Position numbers and translations under genes: made by a program. A model generated the notes under the pieces. The model saw nothing but the letters and a program-made list of their open reading frames with translations, ran no database searches and was not told where the DNA came from. 64,000 nt of DNA from Gloeobacterales cyanobacterium. GTDB lineage: Bacteria > Cyanobacteriota > Cyanobacteriia > Gloeobacterales > PMM-0068. Below, in pieces: positions 10,891 to 20,547 of the stretch (position 1 is the first letter of the stretch; each line of letters opens with the position of its first letter). The stretch covers positions 58,189 to 122,188 of the forward strand of contig JBBRSB010000011.1 in assembly GCA_038245785.1 (NCBI GenBank), given 5' to 3'.

Positions 10891-11808
10891 CTAGGCTTCG
10901 GCGGTCTGTGGCTTGGCCCCTTTACGTTCCCGCCACCAGGTCAAAAGAATGCTGGCATTGAAAATACTGGAGTAGGTACCGCTCATAAATCCAACAATCA
11001 GGGCAAGCGCAAAGTCATGAATGGTTTGTCCACCGAAAATATAGAGCGCGAACAGGGTGAGCAGAGCCGTTAGAGAAGTATTGATTGAACGGGCTAAGGT
11101 TTGGTTAACGGATTCGTCCACAATCTCACGGAAGGCTTTTTTGCGAGAAATGAATTTCAAGTTTTCTCGAATACGGTCGTAGACAACAACTGTATCGTTC
11201 ACCGAAAAACCAATAATCGTCAACAGAGCCACCACAAAAAGAGAGTCTACCTCTGTCTTAAACACTAAGCCTAAGATGGCGAAGAAGCCCATCGTAACTA
11301 GCACATCATGAACCAGCGCTACCAAAGCAAAAATGGCATAGTCCGTTTGGAAGCGGAAGCTGATGTATACGGTGATACCCAAGAAGGCAAGCAGTAGTGC
11401 CAGGATGCCATTGGTAAACAATTCCTTGCCCAAGGTCGGCCCTACAACTTCTACCCGCTCCAGCGTGAATGTACCCAAGTCTTTTTTGAGTTCCTCCTGG
11501 AGGGCAAGACGTTCGTTTTGTGCCAAAGGTTTCGTGCGGATTAGAATCTCTTCTTCTCCAGCTTTTTGGATAATGCTATTCGCCAAGTCTCTCTGCCCTA
11601 GCGCTTCTCGCACTTTCGAAGGATCAGGAACTAGCTGCGCGGAGGGAAAGCGCATTTGGAGCAAGGTTCCTCCGGTGAAGTCAATGCCCAGCCGCAGGGG
11701 GCTGCCTATGGTCGCCCAAGAGATTGCCATAGCGATCAGGCCAATGGCGATGAATCCACTAGAGAGAGAGAGCCACAGGGTGCGGTTACGATTAACATTC
11801 AGTTGCAT
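10891..11808 (-). CDS. secF: Protein translocase subunit SecF
   Basis: GIDFTGGT, VGPTLG, HDVL, GFSVNDTVVVYDRIRE; follows secD. Confidence 0.97.
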   Translation of the reverse strand: MQLNVNRNRTLWLSLSSGFIAIGLIAMAISWATIGSPLRLGIDFTGGTLLQMRFPSAQLVPDPSKVREALGQRDLANSIIQKAGEEEILIRTKPLAQNERLALQEELKKDLGTFTLERVEVVGPTLGKELFTNGILALLLAFLGITVYISFRFQTDYAIFALVALVHDVLVTMGFFAILGLVFKTEVDSLFVVALLTIIGFSVNDTVVVYDRIRENLKFISRKKAFREIVDESVNQTLARSINTSLTALLTLFALYIFGGQTIHDFALALIVGFMSGTYSSIFNASILLTWWRERKGAKPQTAEA

Positions 11809-11813
11809 AGCAG

Positions 11814-13124
11814 TTAGCTCGTTGCCGTATTGGAAGAATCAGAGGGCTTAACCCCAAAGAGGACCGGATTGCGCAGAGAGGGAATGTTCAACGCCAAATA
11901 CAAAAAGGTGCGGGTACAGGTCAGTGCAGAAAAGAGGCTGACGAGAATACCAATGCCTAAGGTCAGGGCAAATCCCCGTAAAATGCCCGAGCCGAGTACA
12001 AAAAGGACCGTACAAGAAACCAGGGTCGTGACATGGCTATCTAGAATACTGGAAAAAGCCCGACTAAATCCTGCTTCCACCGCCGTGAATATTTTCTTAC
12101 CGCTCTTTATCTCTTCCTTGGTCCGCTCAAAAATCAGGACATTCGCATCTACAGCAATCCCGATCGAGAGAATAAATCCGGCAATCCCCGGCAATGTCAG
12201 CGTTACCGGAATCAGTTTAAAAATAGCCAACGTAGTCAGGGTGTAGATCAAGAGCGAGATATCTGCAAAAAATCCAGGCATCCGGTAGTAAAGCAGCATG
12301 AAAACCAGCACGGCGATCGTTCCGCCTAAACCCGCCGTCAGGCTCTTGCGCAGACTGTCTTCGCCTAAGGTTGCTCCCACGGTGCGGTTCTCGATCACCT
12401 CTACGGGTACCGGAAGGGCCCCTGCATTCAGCTTCGTCGCCGTGTCGGTAGCCTCTTGTGCCGTAAAGGTTCCTGTGATTACGGCCTGTCCTCCCGTAAT
12501 TCCCTTGCCCGCAAATTCAGGCCCTACCGTGGGGGCACTCACCAATTTATTGTCTAGAAAAATACCAAGGCGGCGTCCTGTCCCGCCTAGGTTCCCGGTT
12601 AGTTGGGCAAATAGCTCTCCGCCTCTGGGTGTAAACTCCAGCGCTACATCCCAGGCCCGACCTTGCGTGGACTTAGGGGTAGATTTCTTGAGATCGCCTC
12701 CGGTGAGCCCTGTTTTCTTCCACTTGGGTGCGCCCAGCGGGTCAGTGCCGACCTGCTCGCGAAAATCTAATTGGGCGGTGTCTCCGAGAAGCTTAATCGC
12801 TCGGTCTGGGTCTTTAACGCCAGGGAGTTGGATCAGAAGCTGGTCTACGCCTTTTTGCTGCACGGTTGCTTCTGCCACCCCCAGACCATTGACCCGCTGT
12901 TCAATCACTACTTTGACCCCTTGCAGGATCTCAGAAGTGACCTTGGGAACTTCTGCCGTCGGTTTCGCTAAGAGTGTAAGCTGAGCACCTCCTCTGAGAT
13001 CAAGTCCCAGAGCTACGGGTACAGGTTTTAGCTTGAAGGCCTGAGGAATAGGCTCAACGACTACGTAGAGTCCTCCAAGAACGACCGCTAGAATGAGAGC
13101 AAGAAGCCAATACCTTTGTTGCAT
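11814..13124 (-). CDS. secD: Protein translocase subunit SecD
   Basis: LGLDLRGG, RVNGLGVAE, GALPVP, VDANVLIFER. Confidence 0.97.
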   Translation of the reverse strand: MQQRYWLLALILAVVLGGLYVVVEPIPQAFKLKPVPVALGLDLRGGAQLTLLAKPTAEVPKVTSEILQGVKVVIEQRVNGLGVAEATVQQKGVDQLLIQLPGVKDPDRAIKLLGDTAQLDFREQVGTDPLGAPKWKKTGLTGGDLKKSTPKSTQGRAWDVALEFTPRGGELFAQLTGNLGGTGRRLGIFLDNKLVSAPTVGPEFAGKGITGGQAVITGTFTAQEATDTATKLNAGALPVPVEVIENRTVGATLGEDSLRKSLTAGLGGTIAVLVFMLLYYRMPGFFADISLLIYTLTTLAIFKLIPVTLTLPGIAGFILSIGIAVDANVLIFERTKEEIKSGKKIFTAVEAGFSRAFSSILDSHVTTLVSCTVLFVLGSGILRGFALTLGIGILVSLFSALTCTRTFLYLALNIPSLRNPVLFGVKPSDSSNTATS

Positions 13125-13194
13125 GGGATACTAATGTACGCCGTATATAAGGTAGCCCTTCCTGGGGACGCTTGTATCGAATTACAGGAAAACT

Positions 13195-13845
13195 ATGACA
13201 TCCCTTGAAACCATCGCTACTCAGCTAGAAGATTCAGACTTTGGTCAACGCATTCAGGCGCTGATCCAATTGCGCTCGGTGGTTGCTGCTGATGCCGTTC
13301 CCTTGTTAGCAAAAGCGCTGAAAGATCCGAATACGCGGGTACGCTATTCTGCCGTCAGTCTTCTAGGCCAAAAACATACCCCAGAAACCTTGGCCCTACT
13401 GCAAGAAACCCTGGCTACTGACCCAGAACTAGATGTGCGGGCCGCAGCGGCAGCCGCCCTCGGTGATTTAGGTGACCCCTCCGCCCTCGATAACCTCGTA
13501 GAAGCCTACCGCGTAGATCAGGATGAAATGGTGCGCTTTAGTGCCGTCGCGGCCCTTGGAGAATTGGGAGATGAACGAGCGATGGACCTCTTGGCGGATG
13601 CAATCCATCAGGGCGGTTTGATTGAGACCGCAGCCGTAATGGCTCTCGGACAGATTCCTTCAGCACGCACCTATGAACTCCTGGCTCCCTTTGCTACCTC
13701 AGAAGATTGGGAAATGCGTTTTCGGGTGGCCCAAGCCTTGAAGATCTCTTCCGATGAGCGAACAGTAGCCTTGTTAGAACAATTAAAAGCAGACCCTCAT
13801 CCCCAAGTTGCGCAGGAGGCAGCCTTCTCCCTAGAGAATCGCTAG
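13195..13845 (+). CDS. HEAT-repeat protein (NblB/phycobilin lyase-like)
   Basis: Repeated VRxxAxxALGxLGD PBS-lyase HEAT units. Confidence 0.8.
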   Translation: MTSLETIATQLEDSDFGQRIQALIQLRSVVAADAVPLLAKALKDPNTRVRYSAVSLLGQKHTPETLALLQETLATDPELDVRAAAAAALGDLGDPSALDNLVEAYRVDQDEMVRFSAVAALGELGDERAMDLLADAIHQGGLIETAAVMALGQIPSARTYELLAPFATSEDWEMRFRVAQALKISSDERTVALLEQLKADPHPQVAQEAAFSLENR

Positions 13846-13869
13846 ATTCCAGAAAGTTCTTGGGTCAGG

Positions 13870-14514
13870 TCAAGTGTCAAAACCTTGGATAGCGCCTATG
13901 AGGCTGCCCACAAATTTTTCAGGGTCATATTGGGTTTGCAGCTTTTCCATTTTTTTACTAGAGGAATGGCCGATGAGAACAGTAGGAAAAGAGTTGATAC
14001 CAAAGGAGGCACTTCGTTTGAATTCAGCTTCTATGTCTTTGATTTGAGCTGGAGCGCTAACTAACTGCAGATCTAAATCAATTTGGTTTTTCTTGGCAAG
14101 CTCTAGATAAAGATTTTGGTCATTCAGGTCTCTCCCCTCTTGAAAATGCGCTTCGATGACGTCATGGGCAAAATCTAGGGTTTTAATCGGTTCTCTGTCG
14201 CGAACCGCCTTGATCGCAATGGAAGGCTCTATCGAACTGGCAAGGATTTTTTTATTGCAGAGGATGTTGGCATGAAACTTCTCAGAAGGTTTACGACCCG
14301 TGACCATAAACAACCTTTGAGAAGCGCTTTCAATATAGGCCCTCATCTCTGCATAGGGCCCAATACGTGTGCCAGCGACCATCCCCCCAAGCGCCAATTC
14401 AATATCCAAGTTTGGCAATGTTTTGCGCAGTAATCTCATAGCTGGGACAAATCCATAGCACCATCCGCACAGAGGATCAAAACCGTAAATAATTTTTGCG
14501 TCTACCATGAGCAT
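13870..14514 (-). CDS. DsbA-family protein
   Basis: DPLCGWCYGF active site; GINSFPTV cis-Pro motif. Confidence 0.88.
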   Translation of the reverse strand: MLMVDAKIIYGFDPLCGWCYGFVPAMRLLRKTLPNLDIELALGGMVAGTRIGPYAEMRAYIESASQRLFMVTGRKPSEKFHANILCNKKILASSIEPSIAIKAVRDREPIKTLDFAHDVIEAHFQEGRDLNDQNLYLELAKKNQIDLDLQLVSAPAQIKDIEAEFKRSASFGINSFPTVLIGHSSSKKMEKLQTQYDPEKFVGSLIGAIQGFDT

Positions 14515-14611
14515 TAAGTTGCCTCTCCTATAGCTAGAAATGAGATTTAAAGCTCATCAACAAAAAATAATTGATGAGTGATATCTATCTTATAGCCGTA
14601 CCACAATCGCT

Positions 14612-15118
14612 CTAGATTTTCCCAAGATAATCCCTCTTACCCAGCTCTACTCCGCAATGCCTGAGAATGTTGTAAGCAGTAGTGACATGAAAATAGACGT
14701 TAGGAAGCACAAAGTTTAAGAGATAGGGCAATCCCTCGAAAGTCATCGTTTCCTTACCCACGGGAAGGGTAATCGACTTTTCTTCCGAGCCATCGATTTG
14801 ATCAGCGGTTAATGTTTTTAAGTAAGCGATGACGTTCTGGAGACGGGCAATCAATTCAGGAAAAGTAGTTTCGTTATCTTCTAGTTTGGGTGCTTCCAAT
14901 CCTGCTAGTCTTGCCGCTCCTCTTCTAGCAATGTCTGAAGCAATTTGGACCTGTCGTCCCAAAGGAAACATATCAGGATACAGGCGGCTGTTGAGCAGTA
15001 CAACAGGATCGACTTTTTTGGCCTCAGCATGGGCCGCACCCTTTTCCAGAATAACTGCCAGGTTATTCAGTGCATGAATGAGCGATGGGACTGAGGCTTG
15101 ATACATGGAAATCGTCAT
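14612..15118 (-). CDS. DUF1993 domain protein
   Basis: RLYPDMFPL..QVQIASD and LPNVYFHVTTAYNILRHCGVELGKRDYLG. Confidence 0.9.
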   Translation of the reverse strand: MTISMYQASVPSLIHALNNLAVILEKGAAHAEAKKVDPVVLLNSRLYPDMFPLGRQVQIASDIARRGAARLAGLEAPKLEDNETTFPELIARLQNVIAYLKTLTADQIDGSEEKSITLPVGKETMTFEGLPYLLNFVLPNVYFHVTTAYNILRHCGVELGKRDYLGKI

Positions 15119-15239
15119 AGATATTGCTCCTGGAATCTAATGGAACCCTAATCCTTACAGAGCAGGTTGTAGCCCATCATCCCTTCAGGAGTGTCCCCTT
15201 TTTCCTTTTTCTATGCAAAAAGTCTAATAAAAGCCGGAA

Positions 15240-15587
15240 TCAATTCAGAATATTCTCGTTGCGAAGGTGATTGCTAATGGCACCGCAAAAAGCTTCGTAG
15301 GGAGCCATGCCAGCTACTTCTCCAACTAGTTTGCCACATTTGAAGATAAAAGTAATCGGAATGCTATTGATACCGAGAAGCCCAAGGTTGTGAGCCACTT
15401 TAGGGTTCTCATCTATATTGAGCTTGATGACTTTTATACGGTCCTTATACTTTTCAGCAAGTTGGTCAACTAAAGGAATAATATCCTGAGATTGGGCACA
15501 CCAATGTGCATAGCAATTGATTAAGACTAATCCTTTGTAGCTCAATAATTCATGCCATTCATGTTCTAGCTTGGCTAATGTACTCAT
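15240..15587 (-). CDS. Thioredoxin-like protein with CXXS site
   Basis: VLINCYAHWCAQS, KLNIDEN, SIPITF. ATG 15587 preceded by GGAGG. Confidence 0.8.
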   Translation of the reverse strand: MSTLAKLEHEWHELLSYKGLVLINCYAHWCAQSQDIIPLVDQLAEKYKDRIKVIKLNIDENPKVAHNLGLLGINSIPITFIFKCGKLVGEVAGMAPYEAFCGAISNHLRNENILN

Positions 15588-16227
15588 AATTTTTACCTCC
15601 GATTCTTTCAAGAGGAGAAGTCAGTGCAATTTTTCTTTCGTGATTATTTCCGCAAAAGGTACTGTAGTGGTGGGGCAAGATTAATTGATTGTCACTACGT
15701 ATAATTTTGCCTTCCTGTTCTAGAACCCCGAACATGCGGGTCACCGTTACGCGTGATGCAGCAATCGTTTCAGCAATTTCTTGATGGGTCAATCGCAACA
15801 TAATTAACTTTCCTGTTTCAACTTCACAGCCAAATTTATGAGCGAGCCAACCCAAGAACTCTAACAAGCGCAAGTACACGGTTTGGTGGCTAATGATATT
15901 AAGTAGGTTTTCTGTCTGTCGTACATGCCGCAGGATTGCATCCAGTTCATGCACACAAAGGTGAAGGGGCAAAGCTATAGCTGTTGTAGGCTCGAGACAT
16001 TCAACTTCGTAGGGGTCAGTCTGGGATAGAGGTTTACCCACAACATCTCCTGGACCCCAAAGCCCCAGTGCCCTAGGAATTCCTTCTATACTCCATGTCA
16101 ACGTTCGAACTACGCCCCGTTCAATCTTCCAGAGAAATTTATTATCCAGTGGAAGCCTGTTTTGTCGTTCAAATGTTTTTTTTGTCAAGCTAGAAGCTAG
16201 ATCAGAACTTAGACTGGAACCATTCAT
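15559..16227 (-). CDS. Crp/Fnr-family transcriptional regulator (CysR-like)
   Basis: LWKIERGVVRTLTW...GLWGPGDVVG; HTH LTHQEIAETIAASRVTVTR. Confidence 0.9.
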   Translation of the reverse strand: MNGSSLSSDLASSLTKKTFERQNRLPLDNKFLWKIERGVVRTLTWSIEGIPRALGLWGPGDVVGKPLSQTDPYEVECLEPTTAIALPLHLCVHELDAILRHVRQTENLLNIISHQTVYLRLLEFLGWLAHKFGCEVETGKLIMLRLTHQEIAETIAASRVTVTRMFGVLEQEGKIIRSDNQLILPHHYSTFCGNNHERKIALTSPLERIGGKNYEYISQART

Positions 16228-16299
16228 ACGCTCAGAACTCCTAACAGATTTCGTCCAAATACATCACTGGATAGGCCAACGACATTTAATTTGGTATTC

Positions 16300-16479
16300 T
16301 CAGCTCCTTACAATGGCTTGCTGAGTTGGCATTTCCTGACGACATGAACTGCAACGCCAATAAATCCCTGCTGAACGCATGTGCTTTAGCAAAATCGTTG
16401 AACAACAGAGGCAAGTGGGAATACGCTTTGTGGGTTTCTCAACCGTTATGGCAACAGCCTCTGGGCTGATCTTGACCAT
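16300..16479 (-). CDS. Small zinc-ribbon protein (59 aa), not in ORF track
   Basis: Hand translation MVKISPEAVAITVEKPTKRIPTCLCCSTILLKHMRSAGIYWRCSSCRQEMPTQQAIVRS; CxxC...CxxC; co-oriented between the NACHT and Crp genes. Confidence 0.75.
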   Translation of the reverse strand: MVKISPEAVAITVEKPTKRIPTCLCCSTILLKHMRSAGIYWRCSSCRQEMPTQQAIVRS

Positions 16480-16676
16480 TATCTTAGGTTCATAAATGAA
16501 ATATTCCCTTCAAAATTTAGTGGCAATTGCTCATCCCTTGGTCTAACCAATTTGACAGACGACAGGTTGATTTCGTGGATGAGTTGATTAAGTTGATTGA
16601 TTATGAACTTAAGACTTAACAAAGCGGTGGAAATAAGGATTTTTTACTACCTAATTTGATAAAATAGCCTTCAAAT

Positions 16677-18989
16677 TTATTGCCATTCTCTATTCTCAAG
16701 TTCCTTCTGGGGTAACAATAAGGCCGCTTCAATTTCCTGTCGGGTCGCCGCTGTTACTGCACAATTGCTATTCAGGCAATCTAGCAGCAATTGGTTGGCA
16801 TCGTAGTAGCCTTGTAGTACGCGCTCTTGCTTGGGACTAAACTGCCAAGGATGGTTAATATTCCGATAATTAATAATCGTTGTATTCAGTCGTTCAAACC
16901 AAGTGGAATAGTGCGTTTGCCACCAGTCCTGAAACCGTCCTCCGTTTTGAGCAGGATTCGGAAGTTCATCGCTGAGCTGCTGAAGAGATTTATGGAATCC
17001 ATCCTCTTGCACAATGTCCAAAATATTATCCAGAACATGGCTACAGGTATGGACATGAGCAAAGTCTTGGTTGTGCTCGATGGCACAATTCAGCAACAGG
17101 TCATCTAGCGCCGCATCGAGCAATATCCCCTGATCGAGCGCGCTGGCGAGGGCAAAGTGAAAAGCCATGTGCGGAGTCTGGGCAAGGGCGAGGTAGAAAG
17201 CTCGAGTCGTCGCAATCTTGGGTGTAGAGGGTATTGTCTGAGATTTTTGGCTAGCCCATGTCAAAAACTCTTGCAGATAAGAATCTTGGGCGACCAAGTT
17301 ATCAATTTCTTGTTTCATTAACTGCACCAACTCGTCTGCACTCCGCAGCATGACCGCCGTCAACAAAAAGATTTCGCGCCATTGCGGGTCGGTGATGTGG
17401 CTAACCAGTCCTTCCAATGCTTGCTCTAAGGACTGGAGATTATGGCTAGCAACGATTTTTCGAGCGGTGAAATATTCTTGAAATGCTAGATAAGAGAAGG
17501 AGAAAATGCCCCGCGCCCGTTCTGTGAGTAGACCATGCTGCGCCTCGATCGCTCTCAAGACCGCTTCACTTTCGAGTTGCAGTTGCTCAAGATCGGTCGG
17601 GGCATCCGGCATTTCCCGAATAGAGTCACCAATGTATTGTTCAATGAGGTGCTGCTCAAAAAAGTATTGGCCCTGCTCAAAGGTCACGGCTGCAATCTGA
17701 CTCAAGAGCTTGAGCTTTTGGGGCAACAAAAACCCTCGGTAAACGTCATCTCGCTCAACCCCTCTGGCCTCGTCCCATTTACCCAGCAGCAAATCTAGCC
17801 CTTGTTTATAGAACTCCGACCGCTTGGTCGGAAATTTTTCCTGTGTGTGGAAGACCCAACAGGCGAGATGTAGAAATAGTGGGGTAATGGCGAGTCGGCG
17901 AAATTGCCAGTTTTCCAATAGGTTCAGCTTGTGAATAAATTGAGCAGACTGCGCCTGTCCATTTTTAGCGTTCGTTTTGGTGAATGCTACAAACCATTTC
18001 TGGGCGAAGGCGATGATTTGTGCTGAGGTGAATGGGGCAATCTCAACATCAGTAAAGCCCCTCAGCTGAAGCTTTTGAGCCGCTGTGCGACAGGTCGTTA
18101 CAAATAAGTTCTTGTGATATTTGTCCGCAAATTTGCGAACTTCTCTCAAGACCGCAATACTCTCTTGGTTCAGCACTTCATCCATGCCGTCGAGCAATAG
18201 CAAGACTCTGCCTGCTTGAAGCAAGGTTTCGATCACAGACAGATCTGAAATTCCAGAAAGGAGAAACTCTTGATGGATGTACTCTAATAAACTGCACTCT
18301 GGGTGGCTTCTAGTCTCTTCCGCAAAATTCTTCAAGGAGATGAAGATAGGCACCCGATTGGCGGCAAACGCACCGTGGTTGCACTGAATGGCAAGGTGTT
18401 GTAAAAAGGTGGTTTTGCCGCTCCCCGGCTTGCCCAGTACCCTAAGTTTGGAATACATCTCAACAGCTTGCATGCCCGATATTTGTGGCTGGGAAATCTC
18501 CCCTAGGCCAACGCGATCGAAGTCTTCTGCACTCAAGTTTTGGAGATAAGTGAGCTCGAACCACTCTTTGCTGGCTATTTTCTCCAAAACATTGACATCA
18601 ATGTAGATGTCCTCAATCCCCACAGGATGGCTGACATCCAAAAGCTGCAAAATGCCGCATTGGTCTTGAATTTTCTCCTGGCGTTGCAAACGAACTTTTT
18701 GCACCAAGCTATCAATAGCCAAAACGTTCTCGTGGGCAAATTCTCCAGGATCAGAAGACTCTGCAGGCGGATCGATCGCAATCTCCCGCCAATTCAGCTC
18801 CAAGACAAAGCAAATTTCCTGAAAGACATGGCGTTCGACTGGACGACCCGTGAAAAATCTCCAAATGGGTTGGCGCGTTTTTAAGTTGATTTCCCCTGCC
18901 AGATTTTCCTGAGTCCATCCCTTGAGGGCAAATGCTTGTTTCGCCTGCTGAATTCCAGGAAGTGAGGCCTGGAGCGATCTTTTGACCAT
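16677..18989 (-). CDS. NACHT NTPase with N-terminal HTH-like domain and C-terminal helical domain
   Basis: N-terminal GWTQENLA...TRQPIWRFF; GKPGSGKTT; LLLLDGMDEV; TCR; TPLFL; FSYLAFQEYFTA. Confidence 0.92.
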   Translation of the reverse strand: MVKRSLQASLPGIQQAKQAFALKGWTQENLAGEINLKTRQPIWRFFTGRPVERHVFQEICFVLELNWREIAIDPPAESSDPGEFAHENVLAIDSLVQKVRLQRQEKIQDQCGILQLLDVSHPVGIEDIYIDVNVLEKIASKEWFELTYLQNLSAEDFDRVGLGEISQPQISGMQAVEMYSKLRVLGKPGSGKTTFLQHLAIQCNHGAFAANRVPIFISLKNFAEETRSHPECSLLEYIHQEFLLSGISDLSVIETLLQAGRVLLLLDGMDEVLNQESIAVLREVRKFADKYHKNLFVTTCRTAAQKLQLRGFTDVEIAPFTSAQIIAFAQKWFVAFTKTNAKNGQAQSAQFIHKLNLLENWQFRRLAITPLFLHLACWVFHTQEKFPTKRSEFYKQGLDLLLGKWDEARGVERDDVYRGFLLPQKLKLLSQIAAVTFEQGQYFFEQHLIEQYIGDSIREMPDAPTDLEQLQLESEAVLRAIEAQHGLLTERARGIFSFSYLAFQEYFTARKIVASHNLQSLEQALEGLVSHITDPQWREIFLLTAVMLRSADELVQLMKQEIDNLVAQDSYLQEFLTWASQKSQTIPSTPKIATTRAFYLALAQTPHMAFHFALASALDQGILLDAALDDLLLNCAIEHNQDFAHVHTCSHVLDNILDIVQEDGFHKSLQQLSDELPNPAQNGGRFQDWWQTHYSTWFERLNTTIINYRNINHPWQFSPKQERVLQGYYDANQLLLDCLNSNCAVTAATRQEIEAALLLPQKELENREWQ

Positions 18990-19492
18990 GAAAAGGAATT
19001 CCTAGTCTTAAAGACGGGAGGAGGCTGATATCTTAGATCATAAACTTTACAGAAGGGTGAAAACTGCTGCTTAGCTGAACTTATACAAAAGCTTAAGGCC
19101 GATTTGAAATGCAACAATCTCAAGATGTTTGCACGCTGAAAATTGCCGATGAAGCTTGAGGAGCGCATTCCATGAAAGCCTCAGGAGCCTTGAACTTTAA
19201 GCATCCACATATTGTGAGTGACGCTAAGCAGTGAGTGAAATGATAAAATGTTAAATTTTGTAACGAACTCAAACGCGACAAACTAAATGTATATCTAAAT
19301 AACCTCCGCTTTGCAAAAGTATAAGTTTGCTGGCTCTGACTAAGAAGTAAAAACGCGCAGCCGGGATAAAAAAGTTGGGATTGGTCACAAATGTTGCCTT
19401 GCTATTTAGTAAAGCCGCAGATATGGGTATTCTGAGCCAAGAGCGAATCATCCCAACCCTTTTAGAAGATGCGCCCCCAAGAGGAGAAGAAT

Positions 19493-20188
19493 ATGCGTCC
19501 CGTAGCTCTGGCTTGCGCCCTAGCAGCTTTAACATCCTTACTTCCGGTTTATGCTCAGAGCATACCGCTACAGAAGGAAAGCGTAGCCAAAAACGTAAGT
19601 ATTCCCGATATCGTCGTTACCAAAGATGCGGTGGATTTCCGTACGATTAATCTTTTTGAGCAAGCCCTGCCTGTGAACCAGCGGAATGTGCAGTACGGGA
19701 ACGCTTACGACATTCAAGGCGGGACCTACGACCAGGCTTGGATTTTGCCCGGACGTAAAAATTCTCTGCTGGCTATGGACTTGGGAGCCAGCAGCCCTTG
19801 GAAAAATTTCCGCTTTAACCTCGGTTCCCTCATGCCCTACAAAGGCTATGAAAAGCCTGTACAACTGGAAGTTTTAGGCGATGGCAAGCGTCTTTTTGCC
19901 TCTACTTATAACTCTGTAGAGCCTCTTAGCCCTATTGATGTGGATGTTCAAGGAGTACGTTCTCTACAAATTCGGGTCAATGCCGCTTGTCCTCAAGCAG
20001 AGCCGGATTTTGCCGTTAGCCGTGCCCTCAGTCTCTATGTCGTAGAACCTACCCTTTCCAAAGATTCTTCGGCCCAATCCACGCCTTCTCGCATCCGCTC
20101 GATTCAGTGCGCACCCGCTATCTTCACCGAAGCAGCTCCTCCTGTTAAGCCTCTAGCTCCAGTAAAGCCCGTTAAAGCACTCTGGTAA
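19493..20188 (+). CDS. Secreted protein with NPCBM/NEW2-like carbohydrate-binding domain
   Basis: Signal peptide MRPVALACALAALTSLLPVYA; VQLEVLGDGKRLF...IDVDVQGVRSLQIRV. Confidence 0.65.
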   Translation: MRPVALACALAALTSLLPVYAQSIPLQKESVAKNVSIPDIVVTKDAVDFRTINLFEQALPVNQRNVQYGNAYDIQGGTYDQAWILPGRKNSLLAMDLGASSPWKNFRFNLGSLMPYKGYEKPVQLEVLGDGKRLFASTYNSVEPLSPIDVDVQGVRSLQIRVNAACPQAEPDFAVSRALSLYVVEPTLSKDSSAQSTPSRIRSIQCAPAIFTEAAPPVKPLAPVKPVKALW

Positions 20189-20192
20189 CCCC

Positions 20193-20235
20193 ACCCCTCA
20201 GTCCCTTTGGGACAGCTCCCCCAAAAGGGGAGCCT
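20193..20235 (+). repeat. 43-bp double-hairpin repeat, left copy
   Basis: ACCCCTCAGTCCCTTTGGGACAGCTCCCCCAAAAGGGGAGCCT; 39/43 identical to the reverse complement of 20496-20538. Confidence 0.9.
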
Positions 20236-20244
20236 CTTCTGGGA

Positions 20245-20432
20245 GAAGAAGGATTGATTGGATTTGAGTACGGACCCCGCCAAGCGATAGGTCACTTCAT
20301 TGTTGATGAAACGGACTACGCGCAGGACCGAACTTTTTAGGGCAAGTGCTACAAAAATTCATACCAGAATTTATTTCGCAGGGAGTACAACTGCTACGCA
20401 TCATGCGTACTTTCGGAATGAGCTTATTCATG
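20245..20432 (-). pseudogene. Degenerate DUF559 (Vsr-like endonuclease) remnant
   Basis: Minus-strand fragments in different frames: MNKLIPKVRMMRSSCTPCE, WYEFL, LRVVRFINNEV; middle of the domain missing. Confidence 0.6.
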
Positions 20433-20495
20433 TAGTGTTCTCATATCTTCTAAGTTCTAATCCTTCACCCGCACCTTTCTCTTCTCAAAAGGTCC

Positions 20496-20538
20496 AGGCT
20501 CCCCTTTGAGGGGAGCTGTCCCGTAGGGACTGAGGGGT
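20496..20538 (-). repeat. 43-bp double-hairpin repeat, right (inverted) copy
   Basis: Reverse complement ACCCCTCAGTCCCTACGGGACAGCTCCCCTCAAAGGGGAGCCT. Confidence 0.9.
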
Positions 20539-20547
20539 CCGCACTAC

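Noticed and set aside
18881..19650. ORFs 18881-19168, 19269-19535 and 19375-19650
   Set aside because: No motifs; they lie in an AT-rich divergent promoter region or overlap the real 19493 gene.
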